Below are positions 36,701 through 49,100 of a stretch of 64,000 nt of DNA, piece by piece. This DNA is from Geosiphon pyriformis uo1. Taxonomy: Eukaryota > Fungi > Glomeromycota. The stretch spans positions 757,696-821,695 of the forward strand of contig JAAOMT010000602.1 of assembly GCA_016748015.1 (NCBI GenBank), read 5' to 3'. A model generated the notes under the pieces. It did not search any database. It saw only the letters and a program-made list of their open reading frames with translations, and had not been told where the DNA came from. The first letter of the stretch is position 1. Each line of letters starts with the position of its first letter. The position numbers and the translations under genes are program-made.

Positions 36701-39240
36701 GGTTTGTTGTTCCATTTTCTTTTCCATTTTGGTTGTTCAAAGTGTTCAATGATACACACACAACAGTAAAATTTGGTTGCTGTTAAGTATTTTTCATTGT
36801 TGCCACAGCACATGCTCATTGATGACAATTTCTTGTCGCAATCAACACATATGAGTTTTGGCCAATGATAGATAGATCATTGTGGTGTAGTATAGGTATA
36901 GTGATTATAAGTAGTGGTTAGTGTTGGATTTTTTTTCTCCTCTTTTTCTTTTCTCTTATTGTTAGCTTCTTTCTATTCTCATTTTGTTATTTTGTTTTGA
37001 TTGTTGTTGGTTTCCTAGGCTTGGTTGGTGTTCTAAGTAAGTTCTGTGTTCTTCTACTTTCCTTTGCCATTGTCATCCCAGGATAGTATAAGTGGTAACT
37101 TGTTGTGGTCTTCATCAGCCCAAGAGACTTGATATGCTACCCATGTTGGTTTTTTCTTGTCCTTTTCGAACTCAATTAATGGTTGTGTAGCAGTGCTAGG
37201 TTTGAAGTGATCACAGATTGCTGGTATTTAAGTGTGTTGGCCATTTTGGCTGAGTTGCAGTTCTTAAGTGGTCCAATTAAGTATGGCATTAGTTTTGGAT
37301 AACCAATTGTTGTCTACCAATGCTTAATATTGGGTTGCTTCTATTACTAAAACTTTGATGAGAATAATGATGCCATTGACTTCAAAAGGAAAGTTGTCAA
37401 TTTCACCAATTGGTGTTTTGGTCACTTCATCAGCAGTAATTATGCGTGCACTGGCAGCATGATTAACTCTGTGACCTAATTGGTTCATGAGTTGTCGTGT
37501 GATAATACTGCCAGCTAATCCACTATCTAGGATCAGTTTGATGGCATGGCCATCAACTTTTGCATTAGTGTACATGGTGGTGATTGGTTTGGTATCAAAA
37601 GCAGCTCCACTGAATAATGGGACTAGTGTGGTTTCCTTAAGTTCAAACAGAAAAATTGCTGTTAGTAATTTATTGTTGGTGACAGTGACTGGAGTTATGT
37701 TGTTGGTGGGTGATTGTTTTTGGTTGGTTTCTGAGTTGTTGGGTGAGGCGTCTTTTGGGGTAATCAGAAAACTTAAATAGTGTTGGACATTTGGGTTTTG
37801 GGAGTTCTTGGTGCTCAAATTCCATTGTCAAGATCCTAATGGTTGTGCCATAGAACTGGAAATTGGTTGATAGACCATCATTAATGATCTCTAGCTTTGT
37901 TGGGTCAATCTTGGTCTTTGGGTTCCATTTTAAGGTAAGTTCTGTGGCAGTGTTTGAATTTGTTGGGACTGATAAATTACTTGAGGCTGTGGCTGATAAA
38001 TGCTGTTATTATTACTGAAATATCCTAAGAATGCAACTTTAAATTCCTGGAATGTTTGAGGTTTGGCAGCTAAACTTTGATACCATGAGTTGGTAGTATT
38101 CTGTAAAAAATAGAAAATGACTTGGAATGCTCTTGTGTCATTCCATCTATTGGCTGTGATGGCCTTTTCAATGTTGTTGAGCCATATTTGGGCATCATTC
38201 TCTTCACTGGTGAACTTCTCGAGTTTTGCTATTGGAATGTAGGCCATTGAATCCAAGTTCAGCTGTTGTTATAGTGGTAATTGGATCAGAGATTGTGGTA
38301 GTAGTTATCATAGTGCATTAACTGGTGGTGGGTTGATAACAATTTCTGGAGGTAAGTGGTATTGATTATTAATGTCAGGGTTTCGATCATTCTGATTGTG
38401 CTGCATTTGAAAATTTGGAGTTTTGATTTCTGGTTTTTCTAAATTTGGATTTTGCTAAGTCTGAAAATTCAGGATTTCAATGTCCAGATTTTCTGAAATC
38501 AGGTTTTGGTAAGTAAATTTTTGATTTTCAGTTTCTTCTTCTTTCTTTTTGTCTAATTCCGTTATCTTCCAGAAACTTGCATTTCCGAAATCTGGTTGAA
38601 ATGGCAGTGATCGGAATTCTGATGGCATTGGCGATTGCAATTTAAATCCTTCAAAATAATTGCTGTAAGTCCCTAGTAACTCTATTTTCTTTTGTTTACT
38701 TTGAAATAGAAGTTGTCCAAATGTTGATGTCACATTTAATGTGAACGCGCCTGTTAATAAGATGTTGATGGCACTTCCAAATGTATAGTGGTATAATGGG
38801 TTTGTTGACAATTCAACTCTGGTTTTCTTTCAAGTGAATGGTTGTATCTTTTGGGGTGTCACTATTGGTGTTTGCAGTTTTCCTTTTTTTTTACTGGCAT
38901 ATGTAATTGGATATCTTTGTTGGATGTGATATTCAATTTCTTTATTGATTTCTGTAATGATGGATGCAAAATTGTGGTTTGTTGGTAGGCTAGTGTTTTG
39001 AATTAATTCATTGTAAAAGATTTCTCTTGCTGACTCAGTATTTACTGGTGTCCCTAACAGATAGGCAATTCTCTCATTAATGTAGAAATTGAAGGCTGAT
39101 TCTGCTGATATGTGATTATGGTTTAATTCCAAATATTAACAGTAGTGTTGAAATAAGAATTTTGTGAATCCTAAATGGTTTGTTCCTATCGATTCTGATT
39201 CTGCCACTTTTGAATGATTGTTGTTGGTACTGGTTTTCTG
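33734..39240 (-). pseudogene. gag-PR-Cys-rich-dUTPase-RT-RNase H polyprotein of element C (internal gag deletion)
   Basis: MAYIPIAKLEKF, LILDSGLAGS, dUTPase AGFNL/SRSSL/GGIIDAEY/GFGSTG (within 35245-36318), RT and RH fragments; stop at 33734-33736. Confidence 0.92.
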
Positions 39241-39250
39241 TAAGATTATA

Positions 39251-39267
39251 CCTCACAGGGAGCACCA
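39251..39267 (-). promoter_or_regulatory. Primer-binding site of element C
   Basis: TGGTGCTCCCTGTGAGG, complementary to a tRNA ending ...GAGCACCA (elongator Met or Ile-UAU like; not resolved). Confidence 0.85.
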
Positions 39268-39269
39268 AA

Positions 39270-40091
39270 TGTTACAGATAATTATTTGGAGTCTCAAATC
39301 AAATAACAAACCTGTAACTTGGTACTCAATTGCTATATTGATATTGGTTTCTGAAGGTCTTGTTGATTTGAAGGTTTTGTTGTGAAGTTCTTTGTATAAT
39401 GGACAGAGATTTAATTGTTGTCTTCTCAGTAGCCTTCTGGAATTGCAATTCCATTAAATTTCTTTCTTAGTGTGGTGGCTGGTAATCTGGCAGAGATGCC
39501 CTTCTAATAAGCTATCTGTTAATATATATAATTCCTATACCCTTCCTTTGGGATCTTTTACCAGGCTATTCTTGACGTCAATAACTCAGCACTTAATCTT
39601 TAATCAATTAGTAAAACAAAGAAATAAAAGAAAAATAAAAGAAAATAAACAAAAGCAATTGCAAGTTAGTATTTTGTCAATAGCTGTGATCAAGAGCTAT
39701 TGTTTCAGTATGGTTAAGTATCAATTATTATCAACATGAAGTGTTGATAGTGGAAATGAATTTGAGATAGAAAATAATTATTTATTGATATTTTGTGAAT
39801 TGGAAGGTTGCTTAGATAAAATCTAAACTGAGAAGTCTGTCTTTTTTATTTCTAATGTTACCACTATATATACATAATTTGGGTTCTATGAGATTGTTCA
39901 CATTCTTGAGCAATGTGCTATAATTTCTCAAGCAATGTGCCATATTTTCTTGATATTGTTCTACATTGCTGAGTAATGTGCTGTAATTTCTGATATTGCT
40001 CCATATTGCTAAGCAATGTGTTCACATGCTAACTACTACTTTCTTATTGGTCTATTATTTTTTTATATCTGTTTTCTTTTTATGAGTAACA
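39270..40091 (-). repeat. Complete LTR of A-subtype forming the inner part of C's 5' end
   Basis: TGTTACA...GAGTAACA; carries the A-type U3 repeats. Confidence 0.9.
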
Positions 40092-40727
40092 GCATGGTGG
40101 CTGGTAATCTTGGCAAAAATGCCTTTTTGGTAAACTATTCTTAAATTCTTAATTCTTATACCCTTCCTTTGGGGTTTTTTATTAGGCTATTTATGACATC
40201 AATAACTCAGCACTTAATTTTCAAATAATTAGTAAAACAAAAAAGATAACAAAAATAAAAAAAATTTAAAAGAAATAAGCCAAGACATTAAATGTTAGTA
40301 TCCCATCAATAGCCATAATCAAGAACTATTGGTCCAATGTGGTTAAGTATCAATTACAATCAACATAAAGTGTTGATAGTAGAGAGTGGATTTGGAATTG
40401 TAAGAATAATTATTTATTTGATATTTGTAAGTTGAAAGGTTGCTAAATTAAATTTAAACTAAGAGGTCTCTAACTAAAAAAATTCTGCATCTTTCTGGTT
40501 CTAACACTACTGCTATATATATATAATTGAGATTCCTCAATTTCTCAATTCTTTACACCAGGAATCCTGGAATTCCTGTAATTCTGCAATTTCTTGTACA
40601 AAAATTCTGAAATTCTTGAAATCCTGCAATTCTTCTTGAGAGGAATCCTGGAATTCTATATTGACTATGATTACTTCTGATTGGCTAATTCATATGCTAA
40701 TATACTCCCTATATTCTATGAGTAACA
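40092..40727 (-). repeat. Partial C-subtype 5' LTR (U3/R side)
   Basis: Matches 30938-31612; ends GAGTAACA followed by TSD CTGC. Confidence 0.9.
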
Positions 40728-43700
40728 CTGCATATAATATTAAAAAAATAAATATTTCTGCCAAATAAGATAATATTATTAGGTAGTATAATAAATTAAA
40801 AAATAATATTTTAATTATTACTAAAACTAAGCTTTGTTTTAATATTAAATTATAGATTGCAAATAAGTTTTCTAATGTAAAAGTGTTTACTTCTGATTTA
40901 AATTCTGAATATTTAAGTGCTAGTATTATTTTGATTATAGATAAACATTTGGCCAAGCATGTTTTAAAAATTTTAGAAATTTTTAATAAGTTTTTAATAA
41001 TCTGTTTATTATTTTAAAACAAACAATCAGTTTTTGTGTTAAGATTATATATAAATATATCTTTGAAGAAATATTTGGACTAAGTTGTTGTTGTTAATTT
41101 TTTTATAGCTTATATATACAATAAGAGTACTTTTGTTATTTTGAAAAATAATTTTAATAAAAATAGTATTAAATAAAGTATTAACTTTAAAAAATATGTA
41201 GATTTAAGTTTGTTTAATTTATTAATTAGTAGGTTTTTGCTAAGTTTTATATTTGAAAAAATTTAAGAAGATTGAAAAAACTATTGATTTTATTTTTGTT
41301 TTGTTCAACTTAATAAATACACTAATTAACAAAAAAGTCATATATATAAATGAATTTTTCAATATTAATTACAATACTGTTTATGTTATTATTAATTTTA
41401 ATAGTTTTTTAGATCTAGTTTTAAAAACTTTATATATATAAACCAATAAAAATTGATGAAAATTTAATTTAAAGAATATTAATAATGCAAAATAAAATTT
41501 GTTTAAAGTTTTAATACTTAATATTTCTGTTATGTTTGTTAATAATTTTGTTACTGCAAAAAATTTTTTGGATGTAAATAAAATATGAAATATTGTCTAT
41601 AAGGTAATTTATTTTTTAACAAATAAAATTTTCTCCAAATTTTGGTTTAAAAACTATAATAATGTTTTTATTTTATTTTTACAAACTGAAAATTTTTGTT
41701 TTTAAATTAATAAAAACATCTTGCTTGGTTTTAAGTAACATATTTAATTTACTGTTGAAACTTTAACTTTCTTTTAATACTAACAATACTTTTGGTATAA
41801 AAGTTTTTATTAATTCAGATGCTTATTTTGATACTGTTTAGTATGTTTTATTAAAAACTAAGAAGTTATATTGTGTTTTTAAGATAATAGAATCTCAGCA
41901 TATTAAAAAAAATACATATTAAGATTATTATTAATAAAAAGATGAAAAGTTTTGATTTAAACAAAGACTATATAATTCAAAGTATTTTAAAATATTTCTT
42001 TGATAAGATAATATTAAATTATTTGGTATTTGAAAAAAAATAGTATTTTAGCCTAAATTGGTTAAGTCTAAAATAAATATTATTATAAAAAAATAAATAA
42101 AAAAGCATAAGATATATTTAAGATATAATGTTATCAATATTTTTTGTTAGATTATATTGTTGTTTTTTCTAATATTATGTGTTTTATTAATATAAGTGAA
42201 TTATTAAATATGATTGCAGATTTGCTTAATAAAAAGCAGTTGGTTTTTTTAAAATATTAAATAAAAAAACATTCTAATAAATACTCAACTTATTGTTTTA
42301 ATTAAAACTGTTTAAAATATTTTTTTAAGATTTTTTTTAATAAAATTTCTGTAATATACAATAAGTATAATGTTTTTCATAGTAACAATTTTTTAGTTTT
42401 AAAAGATATAACAACACAATTTTCTATTTTTTTTAATTAAATCAATAATAAAAAATGGTTTAAAAAAGAATTATAAACTTTGATTGATTTTTTAAAATAT
42501 GCACAAAACATATAATTTTGTAAGTTAAGAACATTTAATATATAATTTAAATGGAATTAAAATGTATAATAAATTTGTTAAATTTTTTGGTAGTATTTAC
42601 AATAATTAAATTAATTGAATTATAACTAATTTTGACTTGATAAATAGATACCATATTTATAATAAACTAGACCAAAATGAAGTTTTTTTTATCTTTTTTT
42701 TAATGCATCTTTTATAATTATCTTTTGTACAAAGTTAAAAAACAAAAAAGTGTATGTAATTATAAAATTAATTTTAAATTTGTTGTTAAGATTGGTTGAA
42801 TTAAGACTTAAGCTAGTTTAATATTATTTTTTATTGTTAGTGCTTTTATTGATAATACAATTTAGATAAAATATAATCAAGCAACAACTTAACATATTTT
42901 GAATATTATAAGTAAATTTTTTTATATTAATAATATTTTTATAAATAATAATAATATGATAATTATTCTGATCAATTATAAAGCTGTGAATTTTTTTTGT
43001 TAATTAATGATCTGCCAATTTTTATTGTGAAAAAAAATCTTACAGATATTTGGACATTTTTTTGTCAACAAAGAGTTTGTTAAAATCTAGCTTGACAAAA
43101 GCTTATTTAGACATTAAATTTTTTATTAGTGTTATATTAAAAAAAACTATTTTTAATAAACAGTTTTTATATTTGGTTTCAATTGTGTTTTATTTTATTA
43201 TCTGTTATAAAATCTAGTTTAATTTAATTTCTAATAATATATGTAACAAATAAGACACTGTAATTTATAGAAGTTTGAAATTAAAATTTTGTTTGCTTTT
43301 GAACTTTTTAAATAATGTTTTCTATTATTCTTTTTTGTATAGCTTAAAAACTTTTAAACAGATATAAGTTAAAAACAAATTGGTTTTTGTGTTGTGTTTT
43401 TTTAATATGTATAATATTTTAAATCATATATTTAAATATTGATTCCTTGATTTACAAGTTTTAAGCTGGTTTTTATATTATTTTTTGTGCTTTTCAGTCT
43501 ATTTTAAAGTTAGCTCTATTAATAAATTTTTTGTTAATGTGGTTTATGTTTTTTGTAAGTATGATTTATTTTTGGTTAATTTTTTGCATTTAGTATTTTG
43601 TTTTTATGGTAAGACTTTAATATTTGTAATTTTAAATAATTTTGTCTTTTTTAAGATTTTTTATTTATTCAAAAAATTTGGTATTGTTTTTGTTAAATAG

Positions 43701-45258
43701 TTGTATAATAAAGAAGATAATGTTTTTGACTAAAAAACCTTTAAGTATTAAAAACAATTAAATTTTTATGGTTTTGTTTTCAATTGGTTTAATTCAGCTA
43801 TTAAATTTTTAATAAGATTTGAGTTTTATCCTATTGGCTTGTTTTTAGTTGTTGGTTATTAGTCTTTAAACATTCTTAATTTTTGTAAATTTAAACTGGT
43901 TTGTAACTAACTGCTTGGCATTAATGTAATTTGTTTATATTGACAGCTTTTTAAGCAATTTAAGCACTATTAGTATAAGAGCCAATGTTATTGCTTTTTT
44001 TTAAAATGTGAATTTGTGTTTAGATATTTGGATATCTGAATTGGTTTTTTGTATTATAGTTAAGTTACAAGTTATTGTATTTGCTTTGAAGTATGTTCTT
44101 TCTTTTTATATAATTAATTTGTTTACTAACAGCCAAGTGGCTTTAAATATATGTAGTTTGAAATTGGATTTAGTTTTATTAAACTTTAATAATTATTGTT
44201 GAATTAAATATCAACACATAATAAATATTGTTAAGATAAAAAATTTGCACATTAATTAACATAAAATTAAGAGCCACTTAGATGTTTTGAACAATAAAAA
44301 ACTAATATATTGGTTAATTTTGTTTTATTTTCAAATATAGTACTTTTGGTTTATGTTTAAAAACGTTTTATTAAGACTAATAATAAAGAAGTTTTGGAGA
44401 ATATAAGATATTTTGTTTATAGAATTTTTTATGCAATCTATCATGTTCATAGAGAAATCAGATCTGAATTTAAAATTTTAGAAGCTAATTTACTTGAAAA
44501 AATAGACTGAGTTAAATTATTATAGATATATTTTAATTTATACATGTTTGTTGAGTTTATAAATAGAGTTTTAGCTAGAGCACTTTTTTATTTTATAAAG
44601 ATTTTATATTACTGAATACTAATAACTGTATACAAATATTTATATAATAAACATTATTGTAATATTTTGTATTTATTTTACAAAGATATTAAATTTTTAA
44701 ATCATATTTTTTCTTGTAAAAAGCTGTTAAATGTCTATATAATTATCTAAAAAGCATTTTCTAATTAACTTAATTTGTATTTGTGTGTTTTTTAATTGCT
44801 TTTTTGTGTTTTTTTAATGTTATTATATATATAACTTTGTATAAAAGATTTATTTTTTAGAATTGGTTTTAAAAAACTTTCTTAGTTTTTAAAAAACTAA
44901 GATGTTAATTGTAAGATTGTGAATTTTGTACATGGTTTTGAATTGGCTTATAAAAATAATATCTGAATTGTTTACTTTAAGCACTAAACTTTAATAGAAA
45001 AAAATAATCTGATTTTATATAATAAAACTGTATTAATAATTGTTATTAATTTGTTATCTGTGTTGTTTGGTAATATAATTAAGCTGCTAAAAATTGTTAA
45101 GGCCTTCAAAATAAGTTTTAACATATATAAAGTGTATTTGTTTTTTTTGAATATAAAGAATTTGGTTTCTGTATATATTAATATATAATATTGTTTTAAT
45201 TAATTTAAGTAACTAGTTATGTATTGCAAATATATAATTCACTTTTAATTTAGATTAT

Positions 45259-45809
45259 TATTATTTTATTCACTTAATAAGTAAGGTCCAAACACAGTCT
45301 AATGCCATACATCAAAGAAATAATCTAAACTAGGTATAAATCATGCACTTTCTATATGTAACCAGCCATTCGAACTGATCAGAATAACACTATGCAGCTA
45401 TATGAACTGATACTGAATTATTAAAACCTAAGAAAAATGAACAAGATTTGCAAAAGCCAAAATGTATACCAAAAGCATTAATCATACTAAGCAGTTTCAC
45501 CACACTAACAAAAAATCCTGAAAACAAACCAAAAACTGAGATGAAAGCTGAACTATCAAGAGGAATCAAACCATTTTTTTTCATATAAACACAGTACTTA
45601 GCATGAACCAACCATATATTATCTTTAAAAGCCATATTGAAAGAATACACAAACTTAACAATCTCCAAACCAGCTAACTTGGGATTGCAAAAAATGGAAA
45701 CAGCTTTACAAAACCAACCATCAAAAATAAAACCCTTGAAAAGAGCTATAGACACAGAGGAACCAGAAGTATAGGATGATAACAGCTATAATATACACAA
45801 AGAAGCATG
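45259..45809 (-). mobile_element. 5'-truncated LINE copy (ORF2 C-terminus and 3' UTR) inserted antisense in the old LINE's 3' UTR
   Basis: ORF 45390-45755 matches the ORF2 C-terminus; TSD TTTAGATTAT (45249-45258 / 45810-45819). Confidence 0.88.
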
Positions 45810-46109
45810 TTTAGATTATATGTATTGTTTTAAGTAATATTTAGATTTTACTTATTAAATATAATAAAAAATTAATTAATTTTTAATTGTTAATAAGTTT
45901 TGTTATTAAAACTTATATTGTAAACTTTAAAAAAGTTAAATTATAAATATAATTTATGTATTTATTATATATAATTAATTATTTAAATTTAAGTTAATAA
46001 ATACTTATTTATTTTTTAAATTAAAAACATTTAATATTTTAATTTACCAAAATATTTAGCAAATATTTATTTATTTTAATATGTTTATATAATTATTATT
46101 TAATTATAT

Positions 46110-49100
46110 ATATATATTTTTTATTAACAAATATAGTCTAATTACTATTTAATATACAGAAACAAATTAAATAATCTTAATTAAATACAGTTTATGTACT
46201 TTTTATATATAACCAGTTACTTAAATCAATTAAAACTATATTATTTACTTATAAAAACTTTTGTACTATTGTTCATACCTAAAAAAAAACAAATACATTT
46301 TATACAATTTAAAACTAACAGCAAAAAATTCAATAATACTAAGCAAATAAACTATTTTCATAAACAAAAAGTTAAATAGACTACACAAAAAATCAAACAC
46401 TATTCTTATATTACTAACTAAACTTTTTTTTTCTATATTAATCCTAAATTTTAACTTAAATAATTACAACTTACTAAAATTAAAATTAACTATTACAAAC
46501 AAAGTTTTTTTTTTATTATCAAATATTGATAATGTCTTTTTAAAAATTTTAGAACACACAAAAATATTTTTTGAACAAGTAAAAGCATGATTAAACAATT
46601 TAACATTATTATATATTAAGCATAAAACATTTAAATAATTCTTGTTATAAAGTTTTTTATAAATAACAACTAGCAATTTTTTGTAAACAGCTTTTATCAA
46701 ATATATATACAAAGCAGTTAAAGTTTTATTAATAAATTCAGCCAATATGTGAAAGTTCAGATATTAAATTAAAGCAATACAATTCTAGTTTATACTTTGA
46801 ATAAATAAGCTATTCAAAATCTTTGTATTAAGATTCACTTTTTATTAAACATAACAAACAATATAATAAATATTATAAACAAAATAGTAAGCATTGTTTA
46901 ATATAATCTAATCATTTATTACTAAAAATTCCTTACAGATTTTAACAAAAAAAGCCAAATATAACTACACTACAATATAAGCAAAGACATCTGTCTAATT
47001 ATTACTAATGTATTTTAAATAGTCTTTTATTTTAATTTACATCTTTTTATCCAATATCTGTTTTAAAAATTAGACCAAAAAAGCCCAAGCTTTAATACAC
47101 ATTTATAATAGCCTAGTTATCTATATACAAAACCACTAAAGAAAAAAAGAGAATATATTCCAATATTAAAACAATTGTCTATAGTTTTAATATTATTAAA
47201 GACAATATTTTGTGTATTTTAATATTATATTTATTTCAATATTAAAAAAATAAGTTATTGTCTTACTAATCATTTCTGTAATATTTAAGTTTTTTAATAA
47301 ATTATTAGTATAAATGCCAATTGCTTTAGCTTATAGCTTATACAAATATTTATGAATATAAAAAAATTTTTTTGAGCCAAAAAAATTTAAACAATCAGAA
47401 TTAACAGCAACTTTACCAGTTTTAACAAGAAAATTATTTATATAAACTGAAGTTTTTTTAAACTATAATAATACTAAACTTTTTAGATTCAGTTTTTTCT
47501 AATACTGGAAAATCTTCTAATCTATAATCATTTTATGTTTATTTAGCAAACTGTTTTCAAATACAATATTAAAACGTTTTAAAGAATAAATTACATTAAA
47601 GTAATATAAAATTTTCAATATTTTAAATATTAAAAAATGGCCAGAATTACAAAACACATTAGACAAGTTATTGGCCAAAAAAATTTTGTTGTCTAAAAAA
47701 ATTCTCATAATTTCTATTAAAAAATTATTTACTAAACTAACTTTTAATCTAATTGAATACTGTAGTAAATTTATAAGTATCTAATCTAAAACTTGTAAAT
47801 TCAAAAAATAATATTTAAACAATTGGTTAAAAATTTTTATAGTATTAAAAAAACTAATCACTAAAGCCATTTTGGTTTCTGTTTATATTTGCTTAAAAGA
47901 CTTTAAATTATATAAAAATAAGTAGTACAAAGTCTTATTAAGAAAGTTTTTTAACAAATTGACTTTAAACTTAAGCTTTTTTTTTATTATAACATCTTAT
48001 TTTTAACATATACTTTTAGATATAAAGCTAAATTATATTTAATAATTAACTATAGATTATAAAACCACTAAAATTAAATAAAAAAACTGCTTATTTAACA
48101 ATGTTTTTTTGAGAATTATATTTAAAAAAACCTAACATTCAAGTATATTCTACTAAGACTTAGCTTAAATATGTTTTTTGTTAACAAAAAAATTTCTAAG
48201 TACTTATAAGATTTATTATGTTTAACAATAAAAATTAGTTGATTACTAATATACAAAAAAGTTTCTATAACTTTCTGATTAATAAAAATTGTCACTGTCT
48301 TGTTATTGTTAATAAAAATGTTATTAATCTTAAAAAATTTATTAAAAATATCTAAAATATATTGCATTAAAGCTTAACTATTCTTTACTTAAATTATATT
48401 ATTAACAAAAACATCAGCCATGAAGAATAAAGATTTGTTCTTATTAATCTTTATTTTGTCTGTTTTTGTCATAAAATTTGTGTTGATTTTATACTTATAT
48501 GCTTTTTAATTTTGTACAACAAAAAATTATAAGAAATTCTTCAAAGAAATAGTAAAAATATTTTATTTTAATTCAGTCTATTATGTACTTTGTAACTATT
48601 TAAAAGGCCAAAATTAGTTATTACTCTGTTAATTCTGTTTATATATATATTACCAAAAATTTTGATAAATCTGTTATATATCTTAATATGCCTTAAACTA
48701 GCATTTAAATAATGTCATCCAATTAAATTATAAGTCTTATTCATATCTTGTAAAACCAACCAAATTTTTTGGCCCTTTTCCAAAGCATTTTTTACTATTA
48801 AATCAACAGTAAACACTAAAAACTGAGTTAATATACTCTTTAAAATGAGAAATTATTATTATAAAGAATTTTAAACTTGCTACAAATAAAAAAAAATTGA
48901 TTTAATAAGATCTTAAACAAAATTTTTCTAGCTGTTTCAATTAATACAATAGATTACATATTAATTAGAATGCTATCTTATTTATAAGACTTGGGAATTA
49001 TTAACACTCATGTTTTTTTTAAAGACCTAAGACATTGCCAAAAACCAGACAATAATTTAATAAATCTAAGAGATATTTTATTATTTCTTTATTATAATGC

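Larger units (their letters stand above)
30737..40727 (-). mobile_element. Ty3/Gypsy LTR retrotransposon C (family 1) with a compound 5' LTR
   Basis: 4-bp TSD CTGC (30733-30736 / 40728-40731); TGTTAC...GTAACA termini; full domain order. Confidence 0.95.
21800..45870 (+). mobile_element. Old, heavily mutated full-length LINE in pieces (~21800-22750, 29667-30736, 40732-45258, 45820-45870)
   Basis: Reading continues across inserts: ...GKIVFIKIQ|LIGFWQK (22750/29667) and WKITA|YNIKKIN (30736/40732); 3' UTR homologous to 29523-29657; 5' boundary approximate. Confidence 0.85.
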
